NCBI GenBank assembly: GCA_018303825.1
Contig: JAGVXK010000020.1
Span: forward strand, 8,569-72,568
Direction of reading: 5' to 3'
From: Candidatus Pacearchaeota archaeon
Lineage (GTDB): Archaea; Nanobdellota; Nanobdellia; Pacearchaeales; GW2011-AR1
Length of the DNA stretch: 64,000 nucleotides
The notes beneath the pieces are model-generated. The model was not told where the DNA came from, searched no databases, and saw nothing but the letters and a program-made list of their open reading frames with translations. Positions 54,324-63,477 of this stretch are shown here, piece after piece. Position numbers and translations under genes: made by a program. Each line of letters opens with the position of its first letter. The stretch's first letter is position 1.

Positions 54324-55052
54324 ATGAGAGAGGTTGAATTCAGGCCTTCGACTTTGGAAGAAAGAGAGGCGTTCTACAGGAAAGAATTCGATATAAACAA
54401 AGTTAAGAGATGGTTTAAGAAAAATGGGATGAAACTTCCCCAGATATGCGCTCTTGACGCCGGGACGGATACTGGAATAATAAAAAATCCCAAACTAAAA
54501 GGTGAAATGATTTACTTTCTGTTCTCTGAGCTGAAAGGGAAGATAAAAGAATATGTTCCAGAAGATGTTTATTATGATAGGGGAAGATACAAGCATGCCT
54601 GGCAGAAGCTCAGACATTTAAACAAAAAAAGCTGGACAGAACAAGAGATAGTATTTGATGTAGACAGCGACAATATCTCTAAATGCGACAAATTAAATGG
54701 AAGATGCCTGTCGACAGCATATAGTTATGCAAAAAATATGAAGAATGCACTAAAAAAATATTTCAAGGAAATGAAAATGGTTTATTCCGGGAGGGGATTC
54801 CATATCCATATTTTGGATAAGAAGGCGTATATGATGAACAAGCATGAAAGGAAAGAATTCACCGCTAAATTCAGGAGATTTCCAATAGATCTATGGGTTT
54901 CGCAGGGAAATATAGAATTGATACGACTTCCGTACTCTCTTAACTCATTAGTTTCGAGAAAAGTTACGCCGATAAATAAAAAATTCAGGGCAAAAGAAGC
55001 AATCCCTGATTTTTTAAAGAAAAATTATCTTCTCTTTCTTTTCTTAGCGTAG
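54324..55052 (+). CDS. priS: DNA primase small (catalytic) subunit PriS, compact form
   Basis: AEP motifs IVFDVDSD, SGRGFHIHI, ELIRLPYSLNSL; track start is TTG 54270, ATG at 54324. Confidence 0.75.
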   Translation: MREVEFRPSTLEEREAFYRKEFDINKVKRWFKKNGMKLPQICALDAGTDTGIIKNPKLKGEMIYFLFSELKGKIKEYVPEDVYYDRGRYKHAWQKLRHLNKKSWTEQEIVFDVDSDNISKCDKLNGRCLSTAYSYAKNMKNALKKYFKEMKMVYSGRGFHIHILDKKAYMMNKHERKEFTAKFRRFPIDLWVSQGNIELIRLPYSLNSLVSRKVTPINKKFRAKEAIPDFLKKNYLLFLFLA

Positions 55053-55162
55053 TATTTTTTCTTCTTGGAATAATACTTTTTCTTTTTAGAGTAGTATTTC
55101 TTCTTCTTGCTCGAGACTCTCTTCGTCCTTTTAGAAACTTTTCCGCGCGCTTTTTTTGACAT
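55025..55162 (-). CDS. Possible 45-aa hyper-basic miniprotein with three KKKKYY(S/A)K repeats
   Basis: MSKKARGKVSKRTKRVSSKKKKYYSKKKKYYSKKKKYYAKKRKRR; 21-nt tandem repeats; overlaps the 3' end of priS convergently. Confidence 0.3.
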   Translation of the reverse strand: MSKKARGKVSKRTKRVSSKKKKYYSKKKKYYSKKKKYYAKKRKRR

Positions 55163-55260
55163 TTTTACCACCTCTTTTCAATTTTTGCAAACATTTTTTG
55201 ATATTACTATCAGGACAAACTAGTATTTAAAATTATTGCAAAAAATAAAAAATAATTTAA

Positions 55261-55794
55261 TCAATAAATTGCATATCCTCTTGACCCGTCATTAATAATT
55301 ATTTCCGGATTGAAAACATTTCTTATTTCATCACTGTTTGCTGGGGCATATCCATCAATATTATTAAATTTATTGACATAATTAACCATGAATTGTGAAT
55401 TCATCAGCTGTGCATGTAAATGCGGCCACCAATTTCCATTCTCGGTTGTTTCGCCTATAATTCCGACAATTTCTCCCTCTTTAATTGGCTGTCCAAGTTG
55501 TAATTTTATGTCTTGTTTTAGATGTCCGAACAACAAGTAATTTCCACCTTCTAACTTGAAAATTAATCTTCCTCCCCAGCCGATTTTGTTCTCGGGATCA
55601 AACATTATATGATAAACTTCCCCCGGTTTTGGCAAACATACGGGTGTTCCAAAAGGAACAGTATAATCTGTTCCTAAATGAATCAAACTTTCTCCTTTTT
55701 CAGTTGGATGATTTCTCCATAGATATGTTCTATCTTCAAGAAAACCTCCATAAAAATAGTCTATTCTTTTTGCTCTCCCAGACTGTCTAGCCAA
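55261..55794 (-). CDS. M23 (LytM/lysostaphin-type) metallopeptidase domain protein
   Basis: HLGTD (HxxxD) and WPHLHAQ (HxH) motifs. Track start is TTG. A 45-codon ATG-initiated ORF (start 55898) lies upstream in another frame, so the true start is uncertain. Confidence 0.75.
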   Translation of the reverse strand: MARQSGRAKRIDYFYGGFLEDRTYLWRNHPTEKGESLIHLGTDYTVPFGTPVCLPKPGEVYHIMFDPENKIGWGGRLIFKLEGGNYLLFGHLKQDIKLQLGQPIKEGEIVGIIGETTENGNWWPHLHAQLMNSQFMVNYVNKFNNIDGYAPANSDEIRNVFNPEIIINDGSRGYAIY

Positions 55795-55928
55795 TCTTGA
55801 CAGGCTGAAGGATTAGAAAAATCAAGTCCGGACTTGCAAGATTCTTCATCCAAATCAACACGAGCCCATTTGCTGCTTAGGGTTGGAAAAATATTCATCA
55901 GAATGCACAAGAAGAGAAATATTTAAAC

Positions 55929-56747
55929 TTATCTTCCAAGTGCTAATCTTTCTATTAATAATTCTGGAAAATCTGCCCCGACCATTTTTTCCTGTGTTTG
56001 TTTAAAATCGTATGGAAGCCTTATAATTTCCAGAGTTTTTGAATCTGAATCGTAAATAACATATCCTGTTTTATTGTTTTTATCTCTTGGCTGACCTAGT
56101 CCCGGAACGACAATCAGAGAAGATTCTGAATTTGCAAGAGAAAATTTCTTTGACATTCTTTCATTTTGCTTTCCAAGAGGCATTTCCTTAGAAATATCAA
56201 TTCTTGTAGTTTCATTATTATAATGATATAATTGAGGCTTATGGATATGACCTGCGAAGGCAATTTTGCCTTTGAACTTTTTATCTCCAAAAAAATACAT
56301 TGTCGCATCGTAACTTGACTCGATATAATCCATTCTTCCCGGCTCAATTGGTGTGCTGTGAGTAAAAATTAAATTTTCCTCCCCCATAATATATTTATCG
56401 GATTTAACTAACTCTACTAATCTTTGTTTGTTTTTATCATTTAAATTCTTAGCAGTCCAAGATAAAACCCATTCTGCATATTGATTCATTATAAACTGTT
56501 CTGCCAGATATCTCGCATCTCCAACAATACGCCAGGCAACAGACCTATCATGATTTCCAATAACAACATTCTCTCCAACAGCATCAAGAACTATATCGAT
56601 GCATTCATTTGGATTTGGACCATACCCTACAATATCTCCTAAACATATTTTTTTTGCCTTTTCAAGATTCCGAGATTTGATATCATCAAGAACAGAAGAA
56701 AGAGCTTCAAGATTAGAATGAACATCTGAAAATACAACATGTTTCAT
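55929..56747 (-). CDS. Calcineurin-like metallophosphoesterase
   Basis: VFSDVHSN, GDIVGYGPNP, GNHD, GHIH motifs. Confidence 0.8.
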   Translation of the reverse strand: MKHVVFSDVHSNLEALSSVLDDIKSRNLEKAKKICLGDIVGYGPNPNECIDIVLDAVGENVVIGNHDRSVAWRIVGDARYLAEQFIMNQYAEWVLSWTAKNLNDKNKQRLVELVKSDKYIMGEENLIFTHSTPIEPGRMDYIESSYDATMYFFGDKKFKGKIAFAGHIHKPQLYHYNNETTRIDISKEMPLGKQNERMSKKFSLANSESSLIVVPGLGQPRDKNNKTGYVIYDSDSKTLEIIRLPYDFKQTQEKMVGADFPELLIERLALGR

Positions 56748-56852
56748 AACTTTTCACAATGATAAGGATATTAAAAGATTATTATAATCGGGTAGTTTTA
56801 TAGTTATTGCAAGCAAAAATAGATGAATAATGAAAAGATAATGAATCTCAAT

Positions 56853-57260
56853 TTACTGAAAATCAAGCATCACTCTTTCTATTAAGCTGCCTCTTACAAA
56901 TTTTACTCTTCCAGTTATATTTGGCCAGTTAAAATCTGGACAAATTCGATATATTGAGAAATATGAATACTTTCCGAGATTAACATTATTAGGATAGCCT
57001 AAAATCTCTATTATTCTTGTCTTTGATCTGTTAATTATTCTATCTTTTTCTTCTCTACTTAGTTGTTTCCTCTGCTGGAAAGATAAACCACTCATAACAT
57101 TGATTGTTATTGTTGAGCTTCTGAAATAACCATTATTCTCTTTATCCCAATATGTAAAATATTTAATCTTTTCAGAGTCAAGTCTGGAAGAAATAATTTC
57201 GTTTGGTAGACCCTCTTCTAGTATCAGTCCTAAGGGTAGAGCCTTTGGGTTTTTATTCAT
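56853..57260 (-). CDS. Hypothetical protein
   Basis: ORF only; track start is TTG 57287, ATG at 57260. Confidence 0.4.
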   Translation of the reverse strand: MNKNPKALPLGLILEEGLPNEIISSRLDSEKIKYFTYWDKENNGYFRSSTITINVMSGLSFQQRKQLSREEKDRIINRSKTRIIEILGYPNNVNLGKYSYFSIYRICPDFNWPNITGRVKFVRGSLIERVMLDFQ

Positions 57261-57791
57261 ATCTGATGTTGATGTGCTTAGATACAAATATCTTAGATAT
57301 AAATATCTTTGGTAATCAAATGTCAGAATAAGAGATAATCAAATAAAACAAGCAGAAGAGAATCATGTTATAATTCCTGGACTTTGAACCAAGAATTGTA
57401 TTTTATGTTTTCATATATTTTTATGTATATTTCTACGCGCAAATAATTTAAAATTATTATGAGGCTTTTAGTAGATGCATGCTGAACCCCTCGTTTTCTC
57501 GGGGCGTACACATCATCTCTATCAACGTCATCTTCTTTGACGGCCTTAGTTGTCTCGTCTTGCGGACGGCTTCGCACTTAGATGCTTTCAGTGCTTATCC
57601 GTAAATGCGTAGCTGCGCGGCCTGCTCATAACAACCGCTATACCAGAGGCATCCGATTACCGTTCCTCTCGTACTAGATAATCGTTCCACTCAGACAACA
57701 GCGCGCCTAGTAGATATCATACATACTGTCTCGCGTATATACTCAAAACTTATTTATTTGTTTTGTATGGACTATACCTTCACCCTTGTCA

Positions 57792-57871
57792 ATGTTTAAA
57801 CCGAAATAATTATCTTATACGCCTACTTTGATAAGCGATGTACGAGCTAACTACTTAATCTAACCCTTGAA
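57792..57871. repeat. ~80-nt repeat, copy 1 (inside the 23S domain V insertion)
   Basis: ATGTTTAAACCGAAATAATTATCTTATACGCCTACTTTGATAAGCGATGTACGAGCTAACTACTTAATCTAAC, roughly 85-90 percent identical by eye to 58169-58250. Confidence 0.75.
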
Positions 57872-58168
57872 TGAGGGGATTCGCGTTTTACCTATCTTTG
57901 TAAAAGATAAGTCTTAGGAATTTAATCCTAAAGTCTCTACGGGGTCAATTCTAAGCGAACCTTACGGTTCTCTTACAAACTCTCCCTTGCATTTCTGCTT
58001 AGGGCTAGTTAAAACGACTTCCCTCGGGGTTACCATCTTATTACAGTATTGAATAAGAAGACTTCACCGATATGAGCGAATTTTATTTTTCATGAAATTG
58101 CTTTCATGCTACGCCGCGATGTGAATTATTGTTTGTTTTTCGTGGTTTGCGTTCTTGTTTGTGTTATT

Positions 58169-58250
58169 ATGTTTAAACTGAAATAATTATCTTATACATC
58201 TACTTTGATAAGCGATGTTAAAGCTAATTACTTGTAATCTAAACTATGTG
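58169..58250. repeat. ~80-nt repeat, copy 2 (same insertion, direct orientation)
   Basis: ATGTTTAAACTGAAATAATTATCTTATACATCTACTTTGATAAGCGATGTTAAAGCTAATTACTTGTAATCTAAAC. Confidence 0.75.
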
Positions 58251-58985
58251 TTTTCCATTGAGATTTACATTTGTCATAACGTTTTATGTTTGCTTGCTAA
58301 TTCTTGGTTTGGTTCTCTAATTAGACTGGATTGTCTTTCGACGTATTTAACCCAGCTAACGATCCCTTTTAATGCGTGAACTCCGACACCCTTGGTTGCT
58401 AATGCACAACCAGGATAGGAAGAGCCGACAGCGATGTACCAAACCGCGCCGTCAATATGGACTATCGGGCGCGACAAGCCTGTTATCCTTGAGGTACCTT
58501 TTCTGCCACACTCAGGTCCTAGTAAAAGACCATGAGGGGTCGCTAAGCCCGACTTTCATCTCTGCATCTTTTGCTGTGCAAGATACAGTCAGGTAAACTT
58601 TTGCCTTCGCACTCAACTCCAGATTTCCAACCTGGATGAGTTTACCATTAGGCCCTACAGATATCTTTTCTGTAGGGTGCCGCCCCAGCCAAACTGCCCG
58701 CCTGCTGGTGTCCTCTCTCGAGTAAGCAGCTTTAAGGAAAATAAGTAGTGTTACATGGTTGCTCCCCTTTCGCCGAAGCTAAGGTTCTAAGCTCCTACCT
58801 ACGCTATGCATTCCCCTTAAAGCTACAACAACAAGTTGCAGTAAAGGTCTACAAGGTCTCCGCTTCCCACTAGGCGTCACCGGCATTTTCACCGGTAAGT
58901 GAGTTCAGAAGGTTCTGGTTAGGGACAGTGACCATCACGTTGATCCATTCATGCACGTCACCATTCAGATGACAAGGCATTACGC

Positions 58986-59183
58986 TCATTCTGGTAAATT
59001 GATTTTTACATCGAGTGTTACCGAAGTTCCTGAATTTCTTGCAGCTTCTAAAGTCTTCTCTTGTAAAGCACTCATTGGTATCAACAACATAACTGGCGCA
59101 CTGCCAGTTGTTTTAACCTCATAAGTGCTATGCGCTTCAGATGCAATTCTTCGAACTTCAATTCTGCAATTATATTCAGTCAT
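58986..59183 (-). CDS. Hypothetical 65-aa ORF at the 3' end of the 23S intron
   Basis: ATG-initiated; its TGA stop is the last three intron nucleotides; no motif recognised. Confidence 0.3.
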   Translation of the reverse strand: MTEYNCRIEVRRIASEAHSTYEVKTTGSAPVMLLIPMSALQEKTLEAARNSGTSVTLDVKINLPE

Positions 59184-59355
59184 TCTTAATCCTTAAATTA
59201 AGAGTATTTAAAAATTTGTATACTAAAATAAAAGTTGTATTTTTCACAACTTCTTTTTCTCGCGAAAAAGATCGGAACATATCTTCGTAAGCAAACCAAG
59301 GTTTTCTTACAAACTTTCCTTGTTGTTACGTCTAACGTATGTTCTCTGAGGATTT

Positions 59356-60111
59356 TCAATACGACTGATATCTTACATTTACCTTATATTTTTCGAGTAA
59401 ATTCTGTTTTCTACGACAATTGAAATAAAAACCATTTTCAACAAAGCTTCTTAAATTTATATTTATCTGAAAACAATCTTTTTCATTAATACTTCTATAT
59501 TTCTTTTTCAAGGTCTTTTTACCAACCTTTACTCCGAAATTTCGCAACAACGAAATAAAATCATCAATCCAGTCTCCAGAATTAATAAACCCTAAAGAAA
59601 ATCTTTGCCAACCGAACTTGTTAGTTCCAGTGCTTATGTATCCATCCGTATCCATTAAACCTGCTACAAATGCAGAAAATATCTCTTTTTCTGAGTTTGT
59701 AACAAATTCAGGAATCTTAGATTTATTATTTGTTTGAAGAGTTAAACATTCAAATAAACTTTTTCCATAAACTCTGTATTTATAAAGTATAGTTTTATTT
59801 GGTATTATTTCTTTTAAAAATCCTTTTTTATTGAATAATTTATTTACAATAAAGCATGTTTTTTCGATTACATCTTTATCTCCAGAGACTATACAAAAGC
59901 CATAGCTTTTTGATTTAAAGCAACAGCCATCTCCTAAATAAACTCCAAATAAATAAGATTTTTCAATCTCATTAGAAAGCTGATTATATTGAATCTTTCC
60001 TGCTTGGTTGTCTGCAGTCATCTTATTTTCACGCCAACAAACTTTAAAAATTAAGTTGTCGTCGTAAAGTGACATTCTCAGATGTTCCAGCATATAGTTA
60101 GATTTTCTCAT
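59356..60111 (-). CDS. Double-motif LAGLIDADG homing endonuclease
   Basis: LFGVYLGDGC and FVAGLMDTDGY motifs about 100 aa apart; located inside the 23S intron. Confidence 0.85.
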   Translation of the reverse strand: MRKSNYMLEHLRMSLYDDNLIFKVCWRENKMTADNQAGKIQYNQLSNEIEKSYLFGVYLGDGCCFKSKSYGFCIVSGDKDVIEKTCFIVNKLFNKKGFLKEIIPNKTILYKYRVYGKSLFECLTLQTNNKSKIPEFVTNSEKEIFSAFVAGLMDTDGYISTGTNKFGWQRFSLGFINSGDWIDDFISLLRNFGVKVGKKTLKKKYRSINEKDCFQININLRSFVENGFYFNCRRKQNLLEKYKVNVRYQSY

Positions 60112-62053
60112 GGATCTCGCATATGTTTATTTCAATTTTCAAATATGTCTTTTTGTTTATTTTGCCTGTCTATGAAGCTTGAGCAAAATTAATTTTTATT
60201 TTAATTTATTTCTTAATCTCGTAAGGCAGTTTAGTTTTCTATTCAACCTTAAGAGCCTCATAGTTAGGCCCGCCGTTTCACGGGTCTTAGCCCTCTTGAA
60301 CGAGGGTTTGAAACACCGCGACTGGGCAGGACTCACCGATTATATAAATCCTTTCAGATTGGCAATCGGCTACGTTTTTGATAAACAGTCGGACGGTCCT
60401 TGTTACTGAGATCTACAAACGCCTTCGATAAATCAAAGACATCCATAGACACCCCTTCTACCGAAGCTAGGGGGCCAATATGCCGAGTTCCCTTAACCAG
60501 GTTATACCTTTCACGTCTTAGCCTTTTCAGCTAGAGCACCAGTGTCAGTTCTTGGTACGGCTTCTATGTAAAGTACACAAATTTTTCAAGGACTCTAGGA
60601 GTCAGCAAATTTATCCAAACAATTCAACTAGATTAAAGCATTACGCTCCCTAATTTTCTTGCCTAGAAGTTCTCTCGAACCTCCGCTTATCCCCAAGCAC
60701 ATCGTGCAATGTAATACATAGAAAGTTCTGGAATATTAACCAGATGTCCAATCGCCAACCGCAGTTAAGAGTTGACTTAGGAGCCGACTAACCCTTGGTT
60801 AAACAATAGTGCCAAGGAAACCTTGCTCTTTCGACGCTATCCGTTCTCAGGATAATCTGATCTTACTAGCACCACGATACTCATTACTTTTCGCTCCATA
60901 CTTTCTTTCGAAAATACTTCTACGCAAAAAGTACGCCTGCCTACCAGAACACTCTTGCGAGTGCCTCTGGAGTGTCGGTAATGTGTTTAGCCCTGTCCAT
61001 TTTCCCTGCTTCAAACCTCGATAGGTGAGCTGTTACGCTTTCTTTAAATGGTGGCTGCTTCTAAGCCTACATCCCTACTGTCTCAGGTTTAAAACTAGGT
61101 TTGTTACACTTAACACATATTTTGGGACCTTAACTCCAGTCTCCCTTGTTCGGGTCTTCGAACAGTACCTTACGCACTGCCCGCCATTCCCGTTGATTAC
61201 AGTCAGCAAGTTCAGAGTTGGAATCGAACTCCGTAGCCATATAGGCTCTGCAAGTTCCATCCGTGCTTTACCCCGCTGACAAGCTCAAACGAGACTATAC
61301 TTAGGCATATTTCGACAGGAACCAGCCATCGCCAGATTAGATAGGCTTTTCACCCCCACTCGCAGATCATCCAAATGCATGTGCACAATACTGGTTCGAA
61401 CCTCCATTCTCCTTTCGGAGAACTTCGTTCTGCCCACGAGTAGATCATCTGGCTTCGGGTCATGCGCATGTGACTAACGCTCTTTCGAACTCGCTTTCGC
61501 TACGGCTTCATAAATTAACCTCGCCACATGCGAATACTCCGTGGCCTGTTTTTCAAAACGTACGCTACAACACCTTAATGCTGTAGCCAGCTGTAACTGC
61601 TAGATTTCAAGTCTTTTAACCCTCTATTAAGAGTGCTTTTCAGCTTTCCCTCGCGGTACTAAGTTCGCTATCGGACTTGAATTTATATTTAGGGTTGGCA
61701 GTTAATCCTGCCGTCTTCAGACCTCCTATCTAGGGGGCCCTACTCTTTTGGAATATAGCATATCACGTTAGAGTACGGGACTATCACCCTTTAAAGTGCT
61801 TCATTCCAGAAAACTTTCTCTCCATGACTTAGCCTTAACTTCCACCACATCTCTACCTTCTTTTCAAAAGGAGATTCGGTTTGCCCTGATCCCTTTTCGC
61901 TCGCTGCTAATGGGGGAATCATTTTTATTTTCTCTTCCTGCTGGTACTAAGATGTTTCAGTTCCCAGCGTATGCTTATATCTCTATATTCTATTACTAGA
62001 ACGTTGTCGAATTCGGAAATCTTGGGTTCAAAGCCCGCATGCGGCTACCCCAA

Positions 62054-62084
<31 letters not shown>

Positions 62085-62337
62085 AATTCAAACCAAGCTA
62101 TCCGTCTAGCAGTGTATGTAGTAATTCCTCAACAACTGACACGAAATCAGTTGTCTTGTCAAAATCAAATTATCCACGCCTGATTCTCTCCTGCTTGCTT
62201 CATTGAATATTATCTCTGCGTGATAAGCCTCCGATGGAGACTCACCACTCTCGCCAAATCCGGGACCTTGTGAGTGCCGGACCCTTGGGAACTTAATCCC
62301 AGACGATCTCGGTAATTTTAAAGTCTTTTCTTGACTC

Positions 62338-62559
62338 TCATTGCTGAGCATGATTTGTGATTTCGCTTGACGGTCTAGGACTTCTGTCTTCGACTTTCCT
62401 TAACAATCGATCATACTGCCCCTGATATGCTGGGCAGTTATGAAAATCGTCAAACGTAGCAGTTCCTTCACATATTTCCTTGCTTCTGAACGGTTCATAA
62501 CAACTTTCCCCTATCGCAAATGGACAATTTTTTGAACCACGTATTATTCCTTCCATCAT
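62338..62559 (-). CDS. Possible 73-aa Cys-containing protein encoded in the tRNA-Ala/23S spacer
   Basis: ATG-initiated ORF MMEGIIRGSKNCPFAIGESCYEPF...CEGTATFDDFHNCPAY...; may instead be non-coding spacer. Confidence 0.3.
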   Translation of the reverse strand: MMEGIIRGSKNCPFAIGESCYEPFRSKEICEGTATFDDFHNCPAYQGQYDRLLRKVEDRSPRPSSEITNHAQQ

Positions 62560-62589
62560 TTTATTGTTTGTATTTTATATTTAGTAAAG

Positions 62590-62660
62590 TGGACCTGCCG
62601 TGAATCGAACACGGAGCTGCTCAGTGCAAGTGAGCTATTTTACCATTAGACTACAGGCCC
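62590..62660 (-). tRNA. tRNA-Ala (anticodon UGC) in the 16S-23S spacer
   Basis: Acceptor GGGCCTG/CAGGTCC (one G-U), anticodon arm GCTCA-CTTGCAC-TGAGC, T arm CCGTG-TTCGATT-CACGG; D stem weak. Confidence 0.8.
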
Positions 62661-63024
62661 TTTTGTTTATGCAAGAGCTGCAGTCTCTTGCACAGACTTG
62701 ACTAAATACAATTTAGTTTTATCCAATCAAAAATCTCTGTGAGATTTTCTCATCTCGGACATTTTTATCAAAAGTTAGAGAGGTATGCAGTAATTAATCA
62801 TAAATATTTCTCGTTTAACCATTATTTCAAATTTAAAACTTAGAGAATTATTAAATTCTCTAGCATTCAAAAAATTAATTTTGAATAATTTAGGAGGTGA
62901 TCCATCCGCAGGTTCCCCTACGGATACCTTGTGACGACTTAACCTACCTTGTCTTACAAAGGTTCGTCCCTTGCGAGCCTCGTCAATGCAAAACTCGGTT
63001 GGTTTGACGGGCATTTCCTTTTTC

Positions 63025-63135
63025 ATTAATTATTATCTTATACAACTACTTGAGCTGTCTTGCCATTAACTTAAATTATCATTAACGATAACTAAATTAT
63101 TGACTTTAGATATTAACTAATTACTTGGTTCCCCA
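63025..63135. repeat. Diverged third copy of the rRNA-insertion repeat (with an internal ~50-nt insert)
   Basis: TTAATTATTATCTTATACAACTACTTGA and ATTAACTAATTACTTGGTTC match the two ends of the 57792/58169 repeats. Confidence 0.5.
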
Positions 63136-63186
63136 CAGTACAGACAGTTTTCCCGTATACTGCGAGCCCGAAATATATTTTAAGAG

Positions 63187-63477
63187 TTAATTTAACAATT
63201 TTTCAGAAGAAACTTTTTGTTCCAGTGGTTCAAGAACTATTTTGAATCCTGGCGGTGCTTCAACTTTGTGCACATTACTAATAGCAGTATTAACACTATC
63301 CCAGAAAAATCTTTCATTATATTTACTTTGAATTTTACTTCTAAGTTCGCTAGCACATACTCTTGCTCTGTCTTCATTCTGAGCAAGAATCATTCTTACA
63401 TCTACGTAAGTTCGTGTATAGCTGTTACCTTCTGGTGTGTGTGACATTTTGAAAACGCCAACGTAAATTTCTTCCAT
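63187..63477 (-). CDS. Hypothetical 96-aa ORF inside the 16S insertion
   Basis: ATG-initiated ORF; no LAGLIDADG/GIY-YIG/HNH motif seen. Confidence 0.35.
   Translation of the reverse strand: MEEIYVGVFKMSHTPEGNSYTRTYVDVRMILAQNEDRARVCASELRSKIQSKYNERFFWDSVNTAISNVHKVEAPPGFKIVLEPLEQKVSSEKLLN

Larger units (their letters stand above)
57734..58338 (-). other. ORF-less ~600-nt insertion in 23S domain V at the ACGUCG/(U)GAGACAG stretch (boundaries +/- ~20 nt)
   Basis: Conserved exon sequence resumes on both sides. Both junctions carry a degenerate copy of the target stretch (58322-58348 and 57721-57740). No long ORF. Confidence 0.6.
58986..60245 (-). mobile_element. 1260-nt intron in 23S rRNA just 3' of helix 69 (CTTAAGGT / AGCGTAATGCC junction), carrying a LAGLIDADG gene
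   Basis: Exon sequence ...GCCTAACTATGAGGCTCTTAAGGT stops at 60246 and resumes as AGCGTAATGCCTTGTC at 58985, contiguous in E. coli as CCUAAGGUAGCGAAAUUCC. Confidence 0.8.

Noticed and set aside
62775-63026. 83-aa ORF overlapping the 16S 3' end
   Set aside because: It covers the anti-Shine-Dalgarno end and helix 44/45 sequence of the 16S rRNA, so it is not coding.
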